Assembly: GCA_048213135.1 (NCBI GenBank)
Contig: PS015085.1
Coordinates: forward strand, 27,456 to 91,455
Direction of reading: 5' to 3'
Source: Reclinomonas americana ATCC 50394
Lineage: Eukaryota
DNA: 64,000 nucleotides
Every line of letters starts with the position of its first letter. Position 1 is the first letter of the stretch. The notes under the pieces are model-generated. The model saw nothing but the letters and a program-made list of their open reading frames with translations, was not told the origin of the DNA and did no database searches. The position numbers and the translations under genes are program-made. Positions 11,745 through 24,687 of the stretch are shown here, in pieces.

Positions 11745-13105
11745 TCACCAATACTTGACGCCGGAATATCTGTACCGGTCGTCTGGTGCGCGTGATGGGG
11801 GCTCATCGTCGTCTTCGCCGCCGTCGTAGTAGTTTGTGCTCCAGTGGATCTCCATGCCGTCTGGATCGCACGCAACGAGANNNNNNNNNNNNNNNNNNNN
11901 ACGCGGATCACACTGGACACGCACACCGCAGCAGTGCTCGTCGACCGGCCGCACGACAATCTGCACCAGACCAAAGTCGCCCGACAGCGTGTTGCGCGCA
12001 TACAAGCCAGACTCGTGCTCCGTGTACACAATGTGCACCAGGTCGTTGCCGATGTGTCGCTTCTTGTGCGTGTGCTGCGGGTCGTCCTCCACGTTCTCCA
12101 TCAGCGAGGCCACGTGGAACACAGTTTCTGTGACGCCAACGCGGTGAATGACAAGGCGAAAACCGAAGGAGAGAAATCTCGAGCAAAGTGACTCACCCGA
12201 CACGCCATCGCGATGGATGAGTGCCGTCGGCCCGTCAGAGCCGAATCGGTCGAGGCCGCCGAGATACATGTCCGGATCTTCATTCACACGCACAATCTCA
12301 CCGAGGCCTTGCAAGAACTGATGGTGCCAATGTTGGTCACATGGCACGTACTCTTCTTGCTACCACTCACACACGCACCTTCATGTACCGCAACGACACA
12401 AGATCTGTGTTGCCGAGAATCTCCTCTTCGGTGGTCTGTCCACGCGCCACATACAACACGCCAATACGCGAGGTGAAGGTGGTCGGCAGGCGATCGAGAG
12501 CCGCCACGGCGCGCTTGATGGCATCGTCCGAGTCGTCGGCACATGGCACTGCGGCAGAGGTGCACATGAGAGACAAAAATCAACTTGTCTGGCACGGCGG
12601 CTCGACTCACCCGACGGCGCCGACGCCAGGTTGAACAGATGCAGCACCTCTTCAACGCTGTGTACTGGAGCGGTGTTGTTGACGCGGACGGCGGCGACCG
12701 TGGGCGTCGTGTCGAACAGGCGTTGCGAGAACGACTTGGTCAACGCCACTCCACCACCACCTCCACCTCCGCCTCCTGCACGGCAACACAATCAGCGTCA
12801 CTCCATTCTCTCTTTCTCACACACTCATGAACGAATCGCCACACCATGCGCACTCGTGTTTTGCGACGAGCCATCGGAGGTCACATCGGTCACGCCCGGA
12901 CGATCGTGACTGGGCGCCCATGTTCGTGAACGGCGACGGCCGCTCAGCGGCGACATTTCCACCTGCAGGCAGCGTCAGATCGCTGATTGACAATAAAGTG
13001 CACGCGCGACACATACACACACGCAACAGACATGCCCGGCGATCCGAGTTCCGGCGGCGACAGAGGACCATCTGCATGACATGGGTGAGAAAACGCATCG
13101 AATAG

Positions 13106-13140
<35 letters not shown>

Positions 13141-13526
13141 NNNNNNNNNNNNNNNNNNNNNNNNNNNNNNNNNNNNNNNNNNNNNNNNNNNNNNNNNNNN
13201 NNNNNNNNNNNNNNNNNNNNNNNNNNNNNNNNNNNNNNNNNNNNNNNNNNNNNNNNNNNNNNNNNNNNNNNNNNNNNNNNNNNNNNNNNNNNNNNNNNNN
13301 NNNNNNNNNNNNNNNNNNNNNNNNNNNNNNNNNNNNNNNNNNNNNNNNNNNNNNNNNNNNNNNNNNNNNNNNNNNNNNNNNNNNNNNNNNNNNNNNNNNN
13401 NNNNNNNNNNNNNNNNNNNNNNNNNNNNNNNNNNNNNNNNNNNNNNNNNNNNNNNNNNNNNNNNNNNNNNNNNNNNNNNNNNNNNNNATCTGCATGACAT
13501 GGGTGGAGAAACGACATCGAATAGTT

Positions 13527-13580
<54 letters not shown>

Positions 13581-13633
13581 CACACTGCCGAAAACAATGA
13601 CACTGTCAACCACTCCGCACCTCTGTTTCTCCA

Positions 13634-13664
<31 letters not shown>

Positions 13665-16600
13665 AGAGCGCACACACTGTCGAACACAATGACAGCAAAT
13701 CTCTTTGCACTTCTATTTCTCACTCTCTCTCTCTCTCACACACACAAGAGCGCACACACTGTCGAACACAATGACAGCAAATCTCTTTGCACTTCTATTT
13801 CTCACTCTCTCACACACACACAAGAGCGCACACACTGTCGAACACAATGTCAGCAAATCTCATTGCACTTCTGTTTCTCCCTCTCCCTCTCCCACTCCAC
13901 CTCCCTTCCCTCCCCCCCCCCCCCCCTTCCTCTCTCCTACCGTGGTGCTCGAGCGAGGAACCGAGAATGCTGTGTGCACTGGGAGGCTCGCGCAGACGCA
14001 CTCTGTCTTCGACACCCAGCGAGCCGAATCGGCGCGGTTCTTCGGGTGTCGACGAGACGGCCGCCAGGCCGGCCCCAGAGAAGTTTCCGCTGGCAAACAC
14101 CACTGTGCCAGCGGCTCGTTGCGATGGTGCCTCCACTGCGGCTCCGAGAACTCCACCAAACGACACGCCTTCGGTGGGCGACGTGTGGCCCGATCGCGAG
14201 TCGACTTTCACTCCCCCCGGTGACGAGTGGAGATGATGTGGGAACGGGCGCGACTCGGCAAACGAAAAGAGCGGCGAGGCAACATCGCCAGGCGTCACTG
14301 GCGACTCGACTCCCTCCTCCTCGACACCGAGGAATGCCGACGCCGTCGACACAACAATGCCCGACGCAACCGCGGCCGCCACACCGCGGGCAACCTCTGC
14401 TTGTGCCTCGCTCTGCGCCGGCATTGTCGGCAGCAGCACGCCCACAAGATCGGGACAACTGCCGGCTCGCGGTACGTGAAACATCGCCGTGTCTTCCAGA
14501 TCGCGCTCGCGCTGCCCGGCACCAATGGCCACGGCACTGCCCGGACCCTCCGATAGGCCAGCCGCACGCGTCCAGACCGCGCCCAGATGAGCCGGTATCA
14601 ACACTGCGCCAACACAATCATGTGAGAGGGGAGACGGCAATTGTGAAAGAAACGAAGAGACAACGAAACGAGACGACTCAATGTCGGACGAGCTGGCTCT
14701 CCTGCAGGCGGCGATGCATTTGGTGAGTCTCACGTCACGCACATTCCTTCACGTCACACGCTCACCTTCGCTGTCGTGACGGTCTGGCGGCGAACCGTGG
14801 CGCACTGCGTCGCCGGTTGCCACCAGCGGCGAGCTGCTGCGAGGCGGCCAACTTCAAGGCACGATCAGCGGCGACCGCAAAGAGATTGCTGACCGAGTGG
14901 AAGAGATTGAAGGGACTCAATTGCAGCGCGTGGCGGTGCAGGCTGCGCGGTAAACAGGTCAGTTATACAATGATGGGAGAGCGGGCCATGGGTGACGCAA
15001 CCCGGTAGCCATGTGACGCGGCAGATTCTCGGTCAGCAGCATCCACTTGAAGACACCGGACGGGCGCCGCACGGCCAGCTCGCTGTACCCGGTTGGCGAC
15101 GCCGTCAGAGTGACGAGCTGACCGTCGCGGTACCAGAAGCGCGACGGACACGAGGCAAAGAGATCAGAGAGGGAGTGAGAGGGTCGGCCCTGCAAATCCT
15201 CGTGCAAGTCACGATCCACAAAGTCGGCCAAGGCCACTGCGTAGGGTCGAGCTGGACTCGTCGGCGGCATGTCGGTGACCAGGCGAGTCAGAGTGCCGCG
15301 CAATGGCACACGTCGCTTCGGCTGTGGGCAATGCTGGACGAGGGCGGTGACCGCCGTCACACACAACATCGATCGGTAGTAGTCCCACTGCGATGCGTGA
15401 GAAAAAGGAAGACTCATACGCACAAGAGCGAGCGGCAGCGTATCGTACCTCCTCCACCTCCTCGGAGCCTCCATAGTCGTCGGGAGACGACGACACGGCA
15501 TTGCTGCCGCCTTGCCAGTCTCCGCTGGCAGCAGCCCCAGCGTCGTCGCCGTCGGTGACCTCGGGCATCGAGTCCACCGAGAAGTGCTTCTCCATGGCAC
15601 CCTGCTTGCTTCGCTGTTGCAGTTGTTGTTGTTGTTGTGAATCGCGACGCATCTCGGCCAAGTCGCTCAGGTCAAACGAGGCGGCCATGTGCATCTGGCT
15701 CGACGGAGCAGAGGGATGCGCTTGTGAGCCAGCGTTGACACCCAAGTCCTCCATACTCGCACTGCGACTCTCCTACAGCGCGCGTGGATGCACACACACG
15801 CAGCGCGAATGAGCGGCTCAATCAGCACAGCAGACACTATCATCGTCAAACGTTACCTTGCGCAACCCTCCCGTGGCTGGCGATGAACGGCGCGGGAAAG
15901 CCGACAGGCCGACTCCTGACAGCAGAATGCAGCACAGATCGCGGAAGCCCTCACGACGGAGGCTAGCCAACGCACGCATACTGCGGCAGATGGGCTCGAC
16001 GGCCTCACACACCATGGTGCGCAGGAACGGCTCCTCCAAGTACACTCGCGCCAACACAATGACAAAGTGGTTGAGCGAGGGAAACATGGCCGGTGTCAGC
16101 ATCGTCAGCAGAATCTGCGCCGTCTGCAACGCTGTGGGCTACACGGGTGTGGTGAAGTCAGTACACCTCGTTTTTTCTTGCGCCGCACTGATCGACGACG
16201 AACCCGCAAGCCCACTTCCATTAGTGCACTGGTCGTCACCTCGAGAGCCACACGCCGGGTTTCATCGGCGATCTTCGAGTTGTGGAGGGCCACCAGGCAC
16301 CGCAGTGTCAACAATAGCTCCTTTTGCAATTCGGCAAGGAAGCGACCCGACTGCATGTACGTACGTGGTTGGCGGAAGAAGTACACACACATAAACACTC
16401 AGTCTCTCTCTCTCTCTCTCTCTCTCTGTGTCAATTCAGAAGAGCAAACAAAATATCCACGGTGCGCAACTGTGACATCGTGGCGCAGCATCCACTTGCG
16501 GCACACGACTCCGGCCAGCGTGTTCACGTCGACGTCCTTGAGCATGTACACATTGCAGATCCACTTCTTCAGCAAGTTCAGCGTGCTGATGGAGAACTGG

Positions 16601-18545
16601 TTGTCGGTCTCCGAGACCAGAATCTGGCACAGGGCATCCGTCATCGACTGGATCACGTCGAGGACCGATGTCACCAGCGACGGTGGCGCGTGCGGCGGAC
16701 GCGGCGGCAAGTGACCGCACCGAATGTACGGGCTGCCATTGTCGACAAACTGCACACGCACACATATGCAAACTCTTCAGAGGAGGCCGCATGCGTAACA
16801 AAGAACGTGTGCCACACGCACGTGCAAAAAGTGCGCCGAGTCGGCGTAAATATTGCTAAGCGTGGACATGACGTGCACTCGCACGTCCATGTTGGAGTCC
16901 GTGACACTCCGCGCGAGTGCCTCGAGCACGGACACGGCAGAGCTGAGACGCGGTGTGAGTGCCCAGAGGCAAGAGGGGCTTGCGAGAGTCAAAGAGAGAC
17001 GCACCTCGACGGGTAGTGCAAGAAGCGACGGGCGAAAATGCTGCTGAGGCCGTTGACGACAATGAGCGGAATGGACACGTCGGGCAGACTGCACGTGTCG
17101 ATCATTCCAGTAAGTGGGAAACAAAAGGCAGATGGACATACATACGCAGGGAGGACACGTACTTCAGCAGAGATTCGAGGAGCGAGAGCAGTTCTGCAAA
17201 CACGCTCGATTGCAACTCGCGCAGAATGCAGACGAGGACGTTGACCACACTGGAGACGGCGGCATCAAAGACGAAATGAGAATGACCATAACAAGACATC
17301 CATCCTGCGGAGCATGACACTTACCGCTCCCGCACAGCGGAAGGCGCTCCCTCGTTCTCCAGCAGCGGGCGCAGATATCGCTGAAAAATATCGCGTGCAA
17401 TCACATCATCGTTGGTGTAGGCACACGACGGCACGAGCTTCTCCAACACTTGCAACGCCTGCAATCCAGCGCATACAACAATGAGCCCCACAATGGTCAC
17501 ACACACACTTGATGGACAACGGCATTACGCACCGCCAGCTTCACATTGATGCGAGTGTCGCCGACGAGAAAGTGCTGCAAGAGCTTTTCGAGATAGTGAT
17601 GCCAGTCGGGGTGCGACGGATGCACATCGCTTTCCTATATCGTTGAGAAGAAAACACGTGTGAGCCACGGTCGCTCGCTCTTTTTGTCCACGAATTCACT
17701 CACCAAGGCGCTGACGAGGCGAATGACGGTAGTCTCCGGCAACCAGTGCGACGCACGAATGGCGAGCGCCGACAGCGCCTCCTCCGAGCCGAAAAACTCG
17801 CCCAATCGCGCAAACTCTATCAAATATCAATCAGAAAAGGAACGTGCAAAAGAGGCCCAAAATCCCCCCGCCACTCACCGGCAATCTTCTCGAGCGTCTG
17901 CTGCAGCGTGGCCTCGATCTGCGGCCGCACAATCTCGTCCAGCGGGCCCGTCACAATGGACTCGAGAATGCGCCCGACAGTGTCCCACTCCACCGTCAGC
18001 GTGTTGCCGTACTTGGTGATGAGACGGCGCATCGACAGCAGCACCTCAAACGACAACTCGGCACGACCGTAGCGCAACACCATCAGAAGCGCCGTTAGAA
18101 TGGGGGTGAATGGCACGCGCAAGTTCTCCACTTTGCGACCGCCCCACGTGGCGCTGCTGACGGCGAAGACGGCGCCGCGATACAGGCAAAAGTCCTCGCC
18201 GCGACCGGGACTCTCCAGCACCGTCAGCATGCACTGAAAGACGGCGTAGCCGAGCAAGCTGCGCAGCACGTCGCCCACCAGCGCCGTGGCAGCCTCGCAC
18301 GTGCTCTCGCTGCCGACCAGGCGACACAATATTTCGGTGTACGTCTGCACGTCGCCGGAGGGCGGAAAGCCGCCGCGATGCATGGCCTGCAGCACCTTCA
18401 ACACCGATCCCAACACCTCCTTTTCGGTGGAAAACGCTGGATCCACCACCGTTGAGTACAGCACTCGCAGGCACTCGTTGGCCACCTGCTCATTCAAGCA
18501 AAGTCCCGAGCGCGCCACCGCGTCGGCCGCCAAGTCCAGCCCCAC
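11745..18545 (-). CDS. TSC2: Tuberin (TSC2), Rheb/Rap-GAP; 5' end lost in a gap
   Basis: N-terminal tuberin-like RGAVFAVSSATWG...SFEVLLSMRRLITKYG; middle GYSELAVRRPSGVFKWML; C-terminal RapGAP RAVAALDRLP...IGVLYVARGQTTEEEILGN...FLQGLG...YLGGLD...VFHVASLM...KKRHIGNDLVHIVY. Confidence 0.92.
13655..13880. repeat. Intronic tandem repeat, 3 units of ~80 bp
   Basis: ACACAAGAGCGCACACACTGTCGAACACAATG.CAGCAAATCTC.TTGCACTTCT near 13660, 13742 and 13818. Confidence 0.85.
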
Positions 18546-18709
18546 NNNNNNNNNNNNNNNNNNNNNNNNNNNNNNNNNNNNNNNNNNNNNNNNNNNNNNN
18601 NNNNNNNNNNNNNNNNNNNNNNNNNNNNNNNNNNNNNNNNNNNNTGCACACACACACACACGCACACACACACGCACACACTCCCTCTCTCACTCACACT
18701 CTCTCACAG

Positions 18710-20479
18710 TTCACGGTCACATCGTCGGAGAACACTGCACAGAAGGTCCCTTTCGCGCACATCGCCTTGTTCCATCAGCAGCATCATCATCAGTGCCAGT
18801 GGAGGGCGAAGGAGAACAAGAAGGACTCTGTCGCTCACTGATGAGTGGCGATGCTGTGCGCGTGGATGTCATTGCTGCGGATGAGCACAGCGCGACCTCG
18901 GTGACTGTCGTGGCGGCGAATGCTGCGTGGGATCAGTTGCATCGTCGTGCGGCCATGTGCGTGCACAGTGCGGATGTCGTCGGTGACTGGGGAGTCAGTG
19001 GTGACGCGCGTGGAGGAGTCGTGGTGTGGTCGGCGGTGACGGGGCGACCGCGATTGGTGTTTCGGGAGCATGAGAGCATGGGTGTGGGGGTGTATGTGTG
19101 TCGGTTCTTTCCGTCGGGGCAGGTGGTGGCGTCGGGTGGGGCGGATATGCAGTTGCGAGTGTGGCGGGTGGAGGATGGGTGGGTCGGGGCCACGTTGCGT
19201 GGTCATGCGGGTGCGATTAATGGCATGGACTTTGTGGAGCGTGGTCGGAATGTTGTGAGTTGCGTGGGCACGTGGAGGGGAGTGGCCTGTTCTTTCTTCT
19301 CGTGTTCATTGTATCCCATAGCGTGTGCCTCCGATGGACAACTCAAGCTGTGGGACTGTTCATCGGCTGCGTGGTGCGTCTCTCGCTCTCTCTGTGCGCG
19401 TTCGTGTCTGTGTGAATCCCATGTTTTTGCCTGGCTCGCCATCGCAGTATCCACACGTTTGACGGTGGAGTGTCGCCGCTGCTGGCATGCCGCTTGTTGG
19501 ATATTGGTGGTAGCGCTGATTCGCCAGTTGCTGCTGCTGCTGCTGGCGGCGAGGTCGGCACCGACGGCAAAGTGTGCGTGACTGGCGCCGCCGACGGCAC
19601 GTGTTTGGTGTGGGATGTGCGAGAACGCAGCAGGGTGCGTGTTTCCTGCACTCACCATCCCTCTCTCTCTCTCCCTCTCTCACATCCTGTGAATTGCAGG
19701 TCACAACGCTGTCGGAGGTCGACGGCGATCCCATTCTGTGCCTGGCTCCTGGTCTGGAGTCGCCGTTCTCGGTGGCGATTGGACGCGAGTCGGGCCTCGT
19801 GCAGTTGCTCGACGTTNNNNNNNNNNNNNNNNNNNNNNNNNNNNNNNNNNNNNNNNNNNNNNNNNNNNNNNNNNNNNNNNNNNNNNNNNNNNNNNNNNNN
19901 NNNNNNNNNNNNNNNNNNNNNNNNNNNNNNNNNNNNNNNNNNNNNNNNNNNNNNNNNNNNNNNNNNNNNNNNNNNNNNNNNNNNNNNNNNNNNNNNNNNN
20001 NNNNNNNNNNNNNNNNNNNNNNNNNNNNNNNNNNNNNNNNNNNNNNNNNNNNNNNNNNNNNNNNNNNNNNNNNNNNNNNNNNNNNNNNNNNNNNNNNNNN
20101 CGGAAACCCGACACTGCCTTGTCACCGCCACCCATTCGCAGCAGCGACACTGCGTTCCCGTCGCCAATTCAGGCGCTTACTCGAGTGGGCGCTGGACTCG
20201 TGTTGGGCTCTGGTATGTGTGTGTGTGTGTGTGTGTGCCTTGTGTTGCTGGTCTCGCCATCATCTCACCGCGCTGCGTCAACCAGGCAACGGCCACGTAG
20301 CGCTGATGCAGCCGACCGACGACAGTCGGTCACTCCAGCAGGTGGCCTTGTTCACCGGCTCCGAATTCGACCCCATCAATGCAGTGTGCTACGTGCCGGC
20401 AACCAACTCCCTCTACGCTACTGGCCGCGATTGCGTGATTCGCCGGTACTCGCTCGATGTGCTCACACGAACCGAATGA
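18710..20479 (+). CDS. PAAF1: Proteasomal ATPase-associated factor 1 (PAAF1/Rpn14), WD40; 5' end lost in a gap
   Basis: CRFFPSGQVVASGGADMQLRVW...GHAGAI...VERGRNVVTCASDGQLKLWDC and C-terminal FTGSEFDPI...YATGRDCVIRRYSL match the PAAF1 signatures as I recall them. Confidence 0.88.
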
Positions 20480-20555
20480 AGTTGGCGACGAAGAAAAATG
20501 ACGGGGATGTTGAATGCAAAACAATTTGGTTTATTTTTCCCTAGAATATAGTTAA

Positions 20556-23500
20556 TTACAGTTTCTCTGCCACACTGTCGTCCACCACAAACGACATGGG
20601 CGGCGAATCACTGTCCGAGTTGCACTCGTTGGTGGCAGTGGCGGCGCTGGTGGCAGCTGGTCTGGCGGTCGGCAGTGGACTCTCGATTTCCGTGAGCAGC
20701 GATTCGCGCAGAGAGCCAAGTTCCGTTGTGGCCTCACTGTCGCGATCTTGGCCCTTGGAGGTACGCGAGCGCCGCTTGGCTAATCGGCGTCGCTCGCGGC
20801 ACCAGCGAATGAGGCGAACAGCGGCACGGAAGATGTTCAACGCCACCGGCAGCACAAGGATGCCAAGCATCACGGACTGCAGAATGACAAACAAGCTGCG
20901 AAAAGCACCGCCGAAATGAGCAATGGCGACGGAGACAAGAGTCAATTTACATGGCATCACGCAACAGGTCCTTGTAGTATTGTGCGGCCGACGTGCTGGC
21001 AATGATGCCGATCCACATGAGACCAAGAAGACAAATGGTCTCCAGCTGCACGCGGCGACACGAATGAGCAAGCAGTAAAATCGATGACATACCCGCACAG
21101 GTAACGCAAGGCGCACATGATTGTTCCACTGCGAGTGGGGAGCGCGAATAAGTGAGCAAAGACAATTTTCCACGCTTCAATCGCCACGCACTACGCACCT
21201 CGTTTGTGTACGGCATGATAAACAGGTGCACCATGAGCGCCACAAAGAGCGCCAGCGTCAGCAGCGTTGTCAGCAGCACCAGTGGAGGATGACCTGGAAG
21301 CCGAAGTGAGAGGCACGCTTGTTGAGCAGGAGAAAATAACAGTTTGAATTACCAGCCGCGCCCGTAAACACAATGACGAGAACCAGGCGCTTCAGGATCT
21401 GCACGACTTCCCACCAATACACTTGCGGGCGGTAATGCTGCGTGTGGTGCGTCGTGAGTTGCAAGAGCGACAAGCGCAACGCAAGAACGGCGCAGAGGAG
21501 AAATGACACTGCCCTCGGCGCTAAACGCATCTGAGTCACCCACCACCTTGTGTCTCCTCCCTTCTCTCTCTCTCTTTCTCTCCCTTCTCTCTTTCTCTCT
21601 CCCTCCCGCCTTCCCTCTTTTCTCTCTCCATCACCCACACACACCTGATACAGAGGTCCATACCGCCGCTGCAGTCGGCGATTGTGGAACAGCTGCCGGT
21701 CCTTGCCGATACGGCGCAGCCACACAATGAGGAATGTCGGCACGCCAGCACCGACCACGAGTGCGACGACGAGGAACAGCGGCATGAGGCGCCACCAGTC
21801 GGCATCGAAGCAGTAGAATGAGGGCGTCAGCGAATTGACGTGCTGCAGCTTCATGAGACACATGGTAGCAAGCAGGAGCCACACAGCAGAAAAAGAGTGG
21901 CGCACCGAATCCAGCAATTCGGAGCAATTGAAGAAGCTGAGGGTGGCCGACATCATCGGCTCATACAAGGACACACCCAACACGACCGTGGTTCGCAGGT
22001 ACGAGTTGAGAGACGACCATTTGGCGAATGCGCGGACCCACGGACGCCAGGCCGTCGTGTTGTCCTTGGCGCTGCTGTCAATGGTGCTGAAGGAAAGCTG
22101 CCGGGATGGAAACAAAGAGAGTCACACTCCATGATGTCGTCAACGGCACCCCGATTTCAACCCACGCGACAAACCGCCACTTCAACCGACTTGTCTCGCG
22201 CCACCGCCAAGATGATCCACGCGAGGATACGGTGGAGTACAAATTGGACCCAGAGCACCGCCAGGAACGCCACAGGCAGAAACACTTGCACCAGTACCTC
22301 ACCGTGCCCATCGATATAAAATGGACACAGGGTGGAGCCACCCTGTTGCGAAAATCATGTTTCTTAAGTCGCATGCTATGGGATACGCCGCTTCTCATGC
22401 ACACACGGGCACACACCGTAATGTAAAAGTGAAAGACGGCCTGCACGGTGGCCAGTGTCGTTCTGCGAATTTCGACAACCGTGAGAAAATGAAGCATTAT
22501 CACCTGTGCGTGCGTGGCGTGCGAGACGCAACGATGGGTACATCACAAAGGCACCGATCTGCACTGAAAAGAAGATCATGCGCAGCGCCGGTGTGCTGTT
22601 GCCTTGCGACAAAATGTGCTGCGCTAGCACAAAGCACACAATCACTATCACAGTGAGGAACACGATTCTCCCGTGCCAGTGCGGACACACTGCGCAAGCA
22701 AACGGCATTCAGGAGAGAGCCCAGTGGCACGACGGGCGAATGTGAATGCTTACGAACCGAAGCAAGAGTGGAACCACTCCGAGTAGCCGTCCATGCACCG
22801 ACCGCACAGCGGCGACGCACTATCGCGGTTGCTGTTGGGCTTGCAAAATGTGCCATTCACAACGACGGGAGTCGACGGTTCGCTGCCGAGACTGCGAGTG
22901 ACCACCGTCTGCGGCAGGCCCACGGCCCACTCCGACTGGAAGCCGGGCTCGTCGTCGCCACCACCGTGCGAACAGAAATCGAAAGGACACAGTCGAGGTC
23001 TGTCGAAAAAGAAAGCAAGTCAGGCACTTGAGATATGCCACGTACCACAATGGTGTACGCAACTGAAGGGCGCCACTCGGCAGCACCAGCGGCCAGTACT
23101 CGGAGAATACCGACAGCTGCCCACCGCCAGAACACACTAAACCCTGCTGACATGGCTGGCAAGTGGTGCTGGTGGGCGTGACCTGGTAGAATCCACTCGG
23201 GCACGACACACAGCCGACTTGCGGCTGCAAACCGAATCCCGGCTGACAATCCGACAGGGCGATCTGGTACGTCACCGCACCTTGCAGCGTCAGCTGCGAC
23301 GACGAGACTGAAATCGCACTGGTGCTCCCGCTGGAACCAATCGGCGTCAGCACCGCCGTGGCGTTGCCATCGAATGTGTTGATCAACTGCGAGATGACCT
23401 GCGCTCCCGCGTATGTGATATGTGATGCGTGAGCGACGGAGAACACAAGTGAGAGCACAATCGACACGAGATGCGACCAACCGTGCACGATGGGCAGTAG

Positions 23501-24605
23501 AACTGCACCGGAAAGCCAACTATGGTGTTGATGAAGTTGCCGAAAATGTCCATCACCAAGCACGTGATGATTACCGACGACCCTGCCGACAACCGGGAGT
23601 GAGGGAGAGATTCGTTTGCGTAGCACAAAGCCTCCGCAAACCTGGCTGAATGGCAGCTGGTGCATCGGAGCAGAACAACGAGTATGGTGCTGCACGCGTT
23701 AAAGGAAGAGAATTTCAGATTGCATCGACTGTGCGGAAGGCATCTCGACTCCACGCACCGGACGCAGTGCTGTTGCCATACATGGCAGTGCTCGTACCAA
23801 ATACGTTGGCGTAGACACTGGTAAGTGCAGGGCCAGGGCTGCTGCTGGCTTCGAAGAGAGACTGCAACAGTACGTCGCTGCCGTCAAAATAGATCGCTCC
23901 ACCACCGCCTGTGAGCAATCGGTGAGAGAAGAGAAAAAGATGACAACGGCGGCATTTCGCGACGAACCCACGCCGTCTGTCAATTGGGCGCCACTTGGTG
24001 CCGACATTGTTGCCGCATTGTTCACAAACTGATTTCCAGACAGACTGACGCCATACGGGTACTTTACAGAAATGTGTTGTGAGGCGATGCTGTAGCGCGA
24101 GACGCACAACAGGGAAGGAAATCGCGTACCGCAGTCGGGCCAAAATTTTCCTGCACCCATTGAATCACTGTGCTGTTCACCATCTGCAAACAGCCTCGCG
24201 TCAGTGAGACACGCACACGAGAGAGGGAGAGATGAGACAGTAGCCGCAACAATTGCACCCCCACGGAACGCTGTGTTGCTGTTGAAAGTGGAGTTCACCA
24301 CTGCCGTTATCAGCGTCCCTCCGATATTCATCGCGCCTCCGTCGGAGCGGAGAGAAACACACTGCAGAGGCGCCGTTAAGAATACATCGCGGGTCTTGCG
24401 CAGGACAGCGGAAAATAAAGCACCTCCGTAAACGTGCAGTTGACGACGGATGCCATTGCGTAATTTTGCGACGTGAAGCCAGACAGTACCAGGCAGCCGC
24501 CCATATAGGCTTGGTTGTCAATGAACTGGGTGTTGGTAGCGGTAAACACCAATCCGTCTGTGGCCAGCACGCAACCGCCGCAGTTGGTGGTTCTCCCTGC
24601 AACAC

Positions 24606-24687
<82 letters not shown>

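Noticed and set aside
13070-13560. Duplicated TSC2 acceptor region on both sides of a gap
   Set aside because: Near-identical sequence flanking an N gap next to (CT)n is probably an unmerged contig overlap or allelic copy.
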